NCBI GenBank assembly: GCA_030704615.1
Contig: CM060734.1
Coordinates: 42,718,001 to 42,782,000 of the forward strand
DNA from: Takakia lepidozioides
Lineage: Eukaryota; Plantae; Bryophyta
DNA: 64,000 nt
Reading direction: 5' to 3'
The notes under the pieces were generated by a model, which was given only the letters and a program-made list of their open reading frames with translations, was not told the DNA's origin and ran no database searches. Positions 38,451 through 50,140 of this stretch are shown here, piece by piece; within the stretch, counting starts at the first letter, position 1, and every line of letters starts with the position of its first letter. Made by a program: the position numbers and the translations under genes.

Positions 38451-39949
38451 CAGACTCATGCCTGGCTCATATCTGAAAAATAACGATCTTAGATTCTTAA
38501 CTCAATCGCTCCACAGTGGAATTACCATGATAAAGGTAATGTCTTCTCATCCATCCAGTCATGAGTAGAGGGGACTTAGCGTTTTTTTGTCTCCCCTGCC
38601 ATCTGTTTGTTTTCTTTGTGTCGAGTTTGATCGTGAAGGAACGACAATCAGGACGGAGCTGTGTTTGCTTTCTTTTAGTGTCGAGTCTGATCATGAGAGA
38701 CGTCGAACAGGGCGGAGCTATGTTTGTTTTGTTTTAGGGTCGAGTCTGATCATGAGAGACGACGAGCGGAGCTGGTGGGATAGGGGGCAGACAGGGACTC
38801 AAACCCTAGAATCGGGGCATGAAGAAATCCGTCCTGTGCGAAATCATTTCCAGCTCGGCATGATGCGAGGCCTCTCGTATGAGCCAAGCGAGAGGACAGG
38901 GCCTTGCGTATGGAGTGGGTGTGCAGGAGCGTATGCCTTGTGCAAATGTGTGAATTTTGCTTTGTTTGCCCCTGTTTTCTCTCACTGAAGTCGGAAGCAG
39001 GTTTGCTTGTCACAAGTTGCAGTAAAGGAGTTGGGTTGCTGATTTGTGTGACATTGAACTTGTTACATCTGCCGTTTTGTTGGCTCTTTGCAAGAAAAAT
39101 CCTATGGTCTCTTCTTTTGAACCCACTGGTGCCTTCAGGGATGCCATTCAAATTAGGTGATTACACGAAACACATAGGCTTATTGTGTATGTTTGACATG
39201 TTCCAATGTTCCTCATTGTGTAGAATCTAATGGAGCCCAAAGTGACTTGCAATGAATGTTGTTGAAAGAGCACTATGACTCCTACAGAAGGGAATTTGTC
39301 AAAATATTGATGTTGTCGAATTTTGGGCACAAAGGTCTACTGTAGATCATGGAGCAGAGCTGGCACAAGTTTTCTAAAGATCCTCATCAATGGTGGGACA
39401 AAAGCAATTGCAAGGTGTGACTTTCTTAATGTACAATGCAGAGAAATTTGTCCATCCTGCAAATGTGGCCGGTTCTTACTGTTAGTATCATGATTTGGTA
39501 TCTTTCCTATTGTTCACAAGGTCCTTGGGAGGGTCAGGTTGGTCTTAGAAGCTTGAGTTTTGGCTTAAATCCGGACTAAACTTAATATATATTTGTATTA
39601 AATTTAATTGAAATATTAATAATATCATGGTGTAATGTGTGATTGAACTTTGTGAAATTTCAGGTGATGTCATACTTGTTTCAAAATGTGTCATAGAAGA
39701 GGTCCATTTGACATTGAAGTGCTCAATGTGACGTAGCAGTATTGAACAATTCATTGAACGTCCACTTGGAAGTCGAATAAAGTAATATTCCATTGCAGGT
39801 CATCATGATAAACAAATGGGTCGCATCGAACATGGGCCAAACTCGTACTCTACCATACTCGATACAAGTTGCTAGTAATTTTTTGTTCACATACCACGCC
39901 ATTGGAATGAATCATGTTTTGGATGTGACAAGGGCGGTAAAATATTAGA

Positions 39950-41560
39950 ATAGCATGAAACATTCGGAAGAGGTACTAGGGTAGTACAATAAGGTTTGGG
40001 GTGTAACTAGAGAGAAGTGTAATAAGGTTTGGGTTTACAGTAAGGGTAAGGGTTTAGGGTTTGGATTTAGGGTACAAAAAGACAAACAAATATGATGGAC
40101 TCACACTCGGTAGAATTAAGAAATGGTTGAGGAATTTGATATCCCTGTAATCATTCTATCATACCTTATCCAGCAAAAGAAAATATTAAAAGAGCATGAA
40201 ACATTGAGAAGATGTAACATGGTAGTACAATAAGGTTTGGAGAGTATAACTAGGGTAGTACACTAAAGTTATTGGTTTATGGTAAGATTAATGTTTTAGG
40301 GGTGATGGTAAAGGTAGGGTTTTCGGTTTGGGTTTAAGAACACTATTGGACAAACAAATATGGAAGACTCACAGTCGCTAGAACTTGGTGTGTGTTAGAA
40401 GGATAAAAAATAAAATAAAAAATGGAGAAACAAATATTATGGAAGAGTCATTGGGCCGGAGAAGTATTTAGATTGAGGATTCGTACTTGGAACCTGGTAT
40501 TAAGATACATATGGTTATGGTATGGATACTTCATTCTCATTTGCAAAGGAAAGGTAAGGGTTTAGACGTAACAATGGCGTAGGGTTTTGTTTAGGGTTCC
40601 CGACGAGGGTTTAGGGTTTGGGTTGAAGGCAGAAATGGTGAGCATATATGCCGGAAGACTCGCACTCGCTACAACTTAGTGTTATTAGTAAGGTAGTACT
40701 AAGCAAAATAAAAATGAAGAACCTAATATTATGGAAGTGTAGTCATTGCATCGGACAAATATTTAAATGAAAGACTCGTCCTTGGAACTTGGTATTAAGA
40801 TACATAGAAAGCAAAGTTCGATAAAAAAAGGTAAGTGCATGTCAATCCAAACCAAAGGCAAAACCTTGCGCAAGGTGAAGGGCGAAGAGATTTGAATAAC
40901 CATAAATAGTTATGGTTATGGTATGGATACTTCATTCCTAGTTGCAAGGGAAGGGTAAGGGTTTAGACGTAACAATGGCGTAGGGTTTTCGACGAGGGTT
41001 TAGGGCTTGGATTGAAGGCAGAAATGGTGAGCATACATGCCGGAAGACTCGCACTCGCTACAACTTAGTGTGTGTTAGTATGGTACAAAATGGAAATTTG
41101 GTTATATTGAAGAGATTTGGATAACCAAAATGGTTATAATTATGGTATGGATAGTTGATTCCCATTTGCAAAGGGAAGGGAAAGGGTTCTGGGGTATTGG
41201 GTTAAGGGTAAATGTTTAGGGTTTTCTAGTAAGGGTTTAGGGTTTTTGTTTTAAGTTACAAAATAGACAAACACTAAGTCTTATGGAAAACTCCAGACTT
41301 CGCTAGAACTTAGCGTTGTTAGTAAGGTACTAGTAAGCAAAACAAAAATAAAAAACCTAATATTATGGACAAGTATTTAAATGAAAGACTCGTTGTTGGA
41401 ACCTGGACCTAGTATTAAGATGTAACATAGAAAGCAAACTGTAATATGCCTAAATGCATGTCAATCCAAAACAAAGGAAAAAGCTAGCGCAAATGTGAAG
41501 GGAGAAGACATTTCAATAACCATAATGGTTATGGTTATGGCTATGGTTATGGTATGAATA
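39950..41560. repeat. Degenerate tandem duplications with scattered TTTAGGG-like motifs
   Basis: Recurrent blocks 'gactcgcactcgctacaacttagtg', 'ggttatggtatggatacttcattc' and 'gggtttagggttt'. Confidence 0.7.
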
Positions 41561-42299
41561 GATTTGGAAAGAAAATGGCGTTATATAACGACTTTTGGGA
41601 AGCGCCTGGATCTCATGGGAGAAAATGGATATGAAGAAAACATGAGAGAGGATAAAAAGTCAGACCACCAAATAAAAACTATGAGAAATAAAAATTGATT
41701 AAAATTTGAACAACGGAAAATGACATGTGAAATTCCCTCTTAAACCAGGGCCAAAGATGAGAAGTATGAAAATGAAATGAAATGAAAATTTGGTGAAGAA
41801 AAGTCGTAGAGCTTAGAGGGAAAATGGAGGAAAACCTCATAGAAAAAACTTGAGGACTGGCAAATTGAAAAACTGTATGTAACAACGATTGAGTAAGGCT
41901 CCTCCTAGTGGGAGACTTCAGTGGGAGAATTGGTTATGCGAAAAGCAAGTTCAATGTTTCAGAGAAGGACTGGAAATGGGCTATTTTCTTCCGTTGTTAA
42001 AAACCTCTTTGACCGAATTTGAAGACTCCAGTGGTCGTGCCCGCCCATTTTGTTTTTGTGATCTATATGTTATGTAGGCGAAACTCCCCCACAGGGTCAT
42101 CTTTGTTGACCAGGACGTACAGCAGGCTAGCATCCAGCAAACCAGAAACAAAGGACGAGAACGTCCACTGGACATTCGAGGTTCAGTGCGACATAAGAAG
42201 ATAACAAAAATGATCCCCCAACGCAAACAAGAAGGGCCATATAGAGAAGAAAAATTTATTTCTTAAATCGAAGTACTGGAGTTGACCTCAACAATATGT

Positions 42300-44973
42300 C
42301 TTTGGTCTGGAACTCGCTCGCACGACTCGTTTTCTGACTAACGATTAGCCTCCTCCAAATTAGGGTCCAAATTAGGGTCCAACCCTAAACCACCCTTTCT
42401 CGGTCTCCACCACTCCACCTTCACCTTCTTAAAATTAGGATCCTCCCTTTCGCGGATCACGCCAGATATTGTCACCCCCATGCAGACCGGGCATGTACTT
42501 GGGTCATAAGGGCGAACGAGCACAAAAAACCTTGAACGGATTCAAGGATATTCTTGGTCGCTCACACCTCGGGCCACATTAAGGTTCTAGGATTCCTCCT
42601 CTTTTTTCATATCTGGCAATATATGTGGATGGATTCCATCTCTGTCACTACAGCAAATGGGGGGGGGGGGGGGGGGGGGGGGGGTTTGCGACGCCACGCC
42701 CCCACGTCCTGCGCGACGCCGAGCCCACGGCGTTTTTTTGCGACGCCTCGGCGTTGCAATCCCCCGCTGCGACACCATTACGACGCCCAGCCGTCGTAAG
42801 GTGGCATGAAGGGGGAAAGAGGACCCTCGCTGCGACGGATTTTTTTTTCTTGCGACGCCCCGGCGTCGGAAATCCAAATATATATATATATATATATATA
42901 TACATATTAGACATTGCGACGCCTCGGCGTCGCAAAAGCGTCACTAAGGGCGCCCCAGCGCCTCTGTGACGTCAGGGCGTCGCAACAACATCACCACAAT
43001 GAGATTTTTTTTTATTTTTTTTATTTTTTTCGGGCTTTGCGGCCCTCAACTTCACAAAAGCGTCGTTGGGGGCGCCCCGCGCTAGGACACCTAACGTTGC
43101 GACGTCAGGGGGTCGCAACGGCGTCGCCACAGGGGGTCGCAATGATGTTGTGGTCAGCTTAGGTCCACACAATGACGTCGCTTGGGGCATCTGGTGGTGG
43201 GGGGGTACAACAATGGCGATGATGCTGGGGCTGGGGCTGGGGCTGGGGCTGGGCACTAAGGCTGTGGAGGTTGCAACTCCCCGGCGTCACAAGAGAGACC
43301 CCCTTAGAAAGAACTTGAAGGAACTTGAAGGAAATCTTTATATGTATATATATAAATTTAGATTGTTTTTGTGATACATAGATAAAGCGTAGGTGTGTTG
43401 GTTAGTTTGTAGTGTCTTAGAAATGTTATAAAGTGGAGGTCTTAGGTTCAATTATGCGTTGCATGATATATGTAGAACAATGAACATATCGCCATTAGAC
43501 AGAACCGGAGTCAATGGTCAACAAGTTTTTGAAATTCAAATTTTCTCGCCTAAATTCAAATGTACCCCCTTAAATTGTGACGTCTGGGCGTCGCACTTTG
43601 CGACCCTCGGACGGTGCTAATTCTGCATTGCATAAATTTTTATTTTTTTATTTTTTTTTCGACGCCCGGGCGTCGCAAACCGCAGTTTCGCGATTTTTTT
43701 TTGGCGACGCCCTTACGACGGGCTTGCAACGCCCGGGCGTCGCAAATTTGGTTTTTTTCCCGACCCGAAAAGGGCTATTTTACGACTCTGCGGCGTGGCC
43801 GTGGCGTCGAAAACCCCCCATTTTCCTGTAGTGTGTAATGATTCTTGGACCAATTTGTTTTCGGCCAGAATCCCTCAAGAAGCTGAAGACGGTCGGGAGC
43901 TTTTGGAATTGGCTTATCCAGCTCGGCGAGAATGTTTCCCCAGTACTGGTCGTATTGTTCCATTCGACCTCTGTAATGATCGTCAAGCATCATTCCTTTC
44001 GTCCAAAAATCCATGTATTTTTTTTTTATTCCATTCTTAATGAATGACTATTTTTCGGAGGAGTCGTCCCGACTCCCCAGATAGGTCTCATTGGAACGGC
44101 GTCTGGGTCTCCTTCAGGGAGCTTCAGAGTCCCGTCAGAATTGGACTTCCACATCTTCACGCTATTGTTTGTTGGAAGCCAATCCGAATCAGTAGCGGAC
44201 TTTACGGGCCAGCCCTCCGCATCCTTAAAAAAACGAAAGACGTGCATCTCCGAAATCCCGACCAACGCCTCCTTTCCATCTAGATTACAGCCTTTGACAA
44301 AATTCTTGAAGTCGGGAACCTCTTGAATAATCTGTGGAATGAACTGCAGATCTTGCGAGGTCATAAAAAACCTCATCAAATCAGAAAGAATGTAGGTGCT
44401 TCGTTCCTTCAGCTTCTTCGATAGGTAGCTGAAGAACTCGTCGATGTCCTCATGGGTGTGTCCGACCATTAGGAACCCTAGCTGGATTTCTTCAAAAACA
44501 TCTTTGGCGGTCAGGAGGGATAGAAAAGCAAGCATCCATCTGTTCTTATTGTCCTTCACAGAGTTGTCCATTTGCAAGTACAGTCTTCTCGGAAGTGGAC
44601 GAGCACCACGTTTGTCTTCCGGCCTGCAGGGTTTAAGAGCATCCAAACATCTCGATTTACCTCTGATTCGAAAAACTTGTTTTGAAGTCGATAATCGAAA
44701 ATGTTCATAGACTCGTGACATGTTGGCTTCTCCAGCTGGCGCAGGCAACGTGCCAAAGAACCAATTGTAAAGTTTGAATTTCCCTTCCAGAACTCAAGAG
44801 AATACTGTCCGTAAGCTCCATCACCGTATCCGTGCGTGACCATTCTCGTTAGTGAAACTGGAAGCTGACCCAATCCAGAAATCATCTTATTTGGAGTCTG
44901 TAGCCTTGGAACAACTGATTTCCTATGATCCATTTTGTCGTGAATAATACAGAGAAACTCCTCCGGAATCATA
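42300..44973 (-). mobile_element. Sola/DUF7869-like DDD transposase gene remnant, split by two insertions
   Basis: IIHDKMD...GSNFTI...LPRRLYLQMDNSVKDNKN...FLMVGHTHEDIDEFFS. The C-terminal part (EGFWPKTNW, VLVRPYD...VEWWRP) continues on both sides of the CACTA insert. The 5' end is lost at the Gypsy insertion. Confidence 0.75.
42646..43833. mobile_element. Non-autonomous CACTA (En/Spm) element
   Basis: TIRs CACTACAGCAAATGGGGGG and CACTACAGGAAAATGGGGGG. 3-bp TSD TGT at 42643-42645 and 43834-43836. Dense GCGACGCC subterminal repeats in both orientations. Confidence 0.93.
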
Positions 44974-45501
44974 TGTCGTGCGCATACATATCGCTACACA
45001 ACTACATCGCTGTCCAAACCACACCACACATATATGCACAATAAAGTAGTCTGCCACAATGATAAGAAAACTAGAAAACATACTGCTCACACCAGAAACA
45101 ACATGAATCCATCGCTATCACTCTTTAAAACAGAACTCGAGCCAGGGGCACCCCAAGCTATGGGGACTCCACCCCACAACAACCTACACTCCCATCATAA
45201 GCACACTCAAATCTAAACGCATGAAGGAGCTCGGTCGCGCAGGCTCAACTCGAGAGAGATGAGCTGCGCGACTGCCGCTCTCGTGAAGATAAGACGGACC
45301 AGGTGTCAAACTAAACTTGACACCTGATTTAACACTTGACCTAAATCCAAGTGTTAAATACAAATAACTAGTTTTATTCTAGCTGTTTTCACACTGTGCT
45401 TATTTAACTTGACAGCTGTCGTGCGCATACATATCGCTACACAACTACATCGCTGTCCAAACCACACCACACATATATGCACAATAAAGTAGTCTGCCAC
45501 A
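44974..45501 (-). repeat. 3' LTR of the DNMT-Gypsy with an 85-bp direct repeat at both of its ends
   Basis: 44974-45058 equals 45417-45501 (TGTCGTG...GCCACA). The PPT abuts 45501. Confidence 0.8.
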
Positions 45502-45760
45502 ATCGCCCCCTAGCTGGTGGATAGGTCCCTCTACCTCCAGATAGCTACAAGATGTAATAGCCACAGCCGTACTAAGTCCTCTATCACTGTCCCTATTGTA
45601 CTCAAACTCTATAGACCAAGGGGCCGGGTACAAGAGTAGCCCCATCGTTAGTCGCCGTCTTGCAATCTGTGAACTTGAGCCAGGATCTCGTGTGTTCAAG
45701 GTCTCCTAGTAGCTGGGCCTTGCGTTTCTTGTTAGCCTTCCATGGTTGTATCCACTCCCA

Positions 45761-48732
45761 CTATCCAATGCAATGTGGACATAACCAATCCCCATCTGGA
45801 ACCATCTCAAGAGGTGGAGTCAAGCATCCCATATGCCAACCTCTAGAGCATCGATCGCACACCAGCATGGTGGCTGCCCCTTTAGCAGACCCACACAACA
45901 TGCACCTCAAACCTGCAGATACCACTGCCAGGTTTGGGTCAATCCTGCCATCGACATTCGGAAGGTGACATGGCGCACAATTACGCACATGGTCCTTCCA
46001 AGTTATGCCATCCCGACCCTCCAAGACCAAGACGCCTGAGGGCAAGACCTCTCGAACCCTCAGAATAACACGTCCTGCAGTCACATCCAAGGTCGTAGGA
46101 GCAGTTTGCTGCAGATAGACATAGTCACCAGGGTTGAATCTCCGAACCCCAGGACGATAGCCCCCACCACGTATGGTAGCATACCTCAACGTATCACGGT
46201 GTTGTGCAATGGCAAGGTTCTCGAAAGCCATGGGCATGACTCTCTTGAACAACTCTGCACGCTGCTCACATGCACGTGCCCACACGTCCGGATCGTCAAG
46301 GTTAAGAACTGTAGCAACTTCTCTGCGAATGGATGTAGGCAAATCCGGCTCTCGGCCAAAGAGAAGAAAGTATGGTGAGAAGGAGGCAAGTGACGCTTGC
46401 TTGCTGAACCTGTAGCCCATGGCTAACCAGGGTAACTGAAGGTCCCAATCTCCTAGGTGTCCCTTCTGCAAGCCATACTTGCACAAACCCCTCTTTACTG
46501 TCTGAACAACTCTCTCTGCCAAGCCATCGGCCTCAGGATGATCCCGAGAAGTGGTGTGGTGGTCTATCAAGGCCTTGTCACACAAAGCCTGAAACTCCCC
46601 CAAGAACTCTCTCCCTTGGTCCGTGAGTACCTCAGCTGGAGCACCGAATCGGCTAAGCACACAATCCAGGAATGCATACGCAGCTCCCACACTAGCCTTA
46701 TCAGGCAATGGAACCAATTCAATCCACTTGGAGAAGTGCTCCACCATCACCAACACATATCTGAGGTGGTGCATAGTCAGTGGCAACGGTCCTGCGAAGT
46801 CAAGATTCCACCTGTAGCCCAATCCCATGATCGGAAGAGGATGCAACTGGGGTGTAGGGGCCTTGAATGAAGCACGCTCCCTGTCACATACCATGCACCT
46901 AGCCACGAACCGTTGCACCTCTGTGTGTATACCACGCCCTCCAATACTGCCCCTGCAGTAGACTGTGAGTGCGTCGCACTCCAAAATGCCCCAACTCCTC
47001 ATGGGCATGCCGCACTAACCGTGCCCGCTGTGTTGGGTGAGGCACAATCCTCACTCGACCATCCTCCCACACTCGGAGCAGGTGTGTCCCCTCCCACCTG
47101 AACCTCTTGGCTCGTTGTAGGATCCGATCCCTCTCCTTGGCAGTCACAGTGGCTGCCGTGTCTCCAGTGCGGAGGTAGTCCAATACAACTGAATCCTCAT
47201 GTATATCTTTGGCGCCACCTTGCTCATTGCTGGCCTCAGGGTCCTCAGACACTTGATCTACAGTTATCCCTGTTGCAGGTCCAACCTGGCCTTCCGCTGC
47301 CAAGATACACAGAAATGCAGATGCAAGCGATCCGGGCACCATCTCCTCGTCCGTCTCACCATGCCACCGAGCTCCAGTGTCATCCTGTTGGCTCGTGCAT
47401 GGATTGCGACTCAACCCATCTGCATTGCGATTGACCAAACCCGGTCGATGCACCACTTGAAAATCATACTCTTGAAGGATGAGTGCCCACCGTGCAAGCT
47501 TCCCCGTAAGCTTGTCTGACTCCATCAACCACTTGAGTGGTTGGTGATCCGTGACAAAGGTGAAGAGATTGCCGTATAGATAGCACCTAAAGTGTGCCAC
47601 GGCCCACACTGCAGCTAAGCATTCTCCCTCATATGAGCTATACTTAGACTCTGCAGCATTGTTCGAGCGGCTAGCATAAGCCACTACAAACTCTCTCCCC
47701 TCATCATCCACCTGTGTGAGCACCGCTCCAAGCCCCAGCATGCTCCAATCTGTATGCAGCTGAAAAGAACGCCCCCTGATAGGTCGTCTCAAGATGGGCG
47801 CCGAGGTCAACCTCGCCTTGAGCTCTTGAAAAGCTTGTTCTTGCTCATCTTCCCACTGCCACTCCTGGTCCACCTTGGTCAGCTTGGTTAGAGCCTTTGC
47901 AATGGCACTAAATCCTTTAACAAACCGTCTGTAATAGTTTGCTAACCCCATGAAAGCTCAAACTCGGCTCACATCCGTGGGGCGTGGAACCTGTGCAATG
48001 GACTCTACCTTAGTCTGCTGTACCCCCAATCCTCCAGGATATATCATGTGACCCAGATACTCAATCTGGTTGTGGAAAAACTTGCACTTGCCCGGATGTA
48101 ACTTCAATCCGTGCGTCCTTAAGCGCTCAAATACCCCCTGAAGGTGTCTCTCATGCTCTTCCACCGTAGCACTAAAGATGATGATGTCATCTATGTAGCA
48201 CCGAGCAAACTCCACCCCTGCTAGAATCCTGTCCATGACTCTTTGAAACTCAGCGGGAGCGTTTTTAACCCCAAATGGTAAGAACCGCCACTGGTATAGG
48301 CAATCCTTCCCGTGCTCATTGATCCCCCAGAATGCTGTCTTTTGCTTATCCGCCTCCTTGATCGGCAACTGGTGATATCCGGATCGTAAATCCAACGTGC
48401 TAAAGACCTTGGAATGCCCAATGGCATCAAAGATCTCCTCTGGTGTCGGCATGGCATACCTATCGGACTTGGTCTGACGATTTACAGGCCGGTAATCACA
48501 TACGTCTCTCCGTCCAATTGCCATAGACATCCTTCTTAGATGACATCACTGTGGCTGAAGCATACTCTCCACCAGAGAGCTCCACCAAACCTGCCTCCCA
48601 AAGATCTTGAGTCCTCATCTGAATCAAAGACCTCTCCATGTCACTGTATCTATAAGGTCTCCGAAAGATTGGCGTGTCAGTGGCCAACTCAATACGGATC
48701 TCTTGACCCTTCAGTGCTCCCAAGTCCTTCAA
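45761..48732 (-). pseudogene. pol: RT-RNase H-integrase-PHD portion of pol, disrupted
   Basis: ORFs 48496-48732, 47958-48530, 46899-47951 and 45761-47008. The C-terminal CMLC...CDRC...WHMGC...WLCPHC is a C4HC3 PHD finger. Confidence 0.93.
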
Positions 48733-49189
48733 ACTGAAGGCAAAGCAATTCTTGTAAGCCCTCCGGAACCGTCGTATACGTCGTCTCTCTCCTCCGGTGA
48801 CAATGGGTCCAATGTCAGGCTCCCAATTGTCCTCCGTAACTGCAACCTTAAGTCCAGTGGGCTTAGAGGTAGAGGACGCATCCCGTGGTTGCTATGCTGC
48901 AACCTCTTGAGCAGTACTCCCTTCCTGCTCCGTCAATGACAAGGCCTCATCCTGCCCCATCATCTCATCATTGAGAACCTCCTCAACCCGAGAAGAATCC
49001 CCAACCTCATCCATCACAGCTGCCTTGGCTGCCAACTCCCTCTGGACCTCGAGCACCTCCCACGTGTGCCATGGATGTCTACACCCCGTGGTCCTCACCA
49101 GCTCGCCCCCACTCGCTGCCTGTACCGTCTCGGTAGGCAGAGAGACCGTCAAGGGAAGTGCGCTCCGCACTCTACGTTGCTCAGCCATA

Positions 49190-50140
49190 GCCAAGCTGAT
49201 AATCCAGGTCAAGCAATTGAGATCCATTGCTTGCCCCAACACCTGACGACGTGATGCCTCAGAAAGAGAAGGCACCGCCGTGGTCCCAGTGGAAAACCCC
49301 ATAGCCCGCTCTCGCTCGTCGGCATTAGGCTCCACTAACTGTTGCAATTGAACCCACAGGAGGCCAGGTCCACCATCCCGAAAAGCATGGGATCCTGGGA
49401 AGCTGAGCAGTGTAGGTAATGCTGCTCGTGGTTGACCCACCCTGTTGACCACTGCTAAAGGCGAACGGTCATCGTGTCTCACTTGTTGAGACTGCCTTCC
49501 TGTGTCCAAAATGCCATCCACGGTGAGGTGTGCTGGCCGATGCACCCCATCAAATGCACGCTTGAGCAGTGCGGGTGGCATCAAGTTAGTCCACCATAGT
49601 CGTGGACGATGAGCCCGTGACCCCACTGCAGCTGCATCCAGCAACACTGCTGACCCAAGCCACGACCGGACTTGATGCACACTGGCCATCACCCTGGCCC
49701 GAGAATCACCCATCTACGGCTCATTCTCCAAGATGTATGCCGGAGATACAGCTTGATGAAGCTGCAAGTGGCGCAAAATCCGCACCATCTCCCAAAACAG
49801 ACCCGTCCTCGAGTCTAGCAATCTATTGCCATGCCCGGCTGATGAATGCCCTTGGCAGGGCCAACCTGCCACTACCAGATCAATGGAGCCAACCCGCTCC
49901 AAATCCTGCCACCCCAGCAACGCAATGTCTGCTGGCAAGGCCTGCTGATATCCACGAACTGCAGACACCGGCAACAACTCAGGGTACTGCTGCAGCATCT
50001 GAGCAACATGGCGCAGTGAGACGCGTCGTGCAGTCTCATCCTTCTCCACATACAGGTAACGTCGAACTCGTATACCTGCCTGCAGCACTGCAGCCAATCC
50101 AGTGCTGATCCCGCCAAATAAGTCCAGAAGGCATATGCCT
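49190..50140 (-). pseudogene. DNMT3-like cytosine-5 methyltransferase domain within pol
   Basis: Motif I LLDLFGGISTG, II YVEKD, IV AGWPCQGHS, VI ILENEP, VIII AHRPRLWWTN, IX ERERAMGF and X RRQVLGQAMD. One in-frame TAG at 49714-49716. Confidence 0.92.

Noticed and set aside
40000-41250. Interstitial telomere array
   Set aside because: TTTAGGG motifs are isolated and degenerate, never in long perfect runs.
42554-43838. GC-rich ORFs in both strands
   Set aside because: Artefacts of CACTA subterminal repeats and homopolymers.
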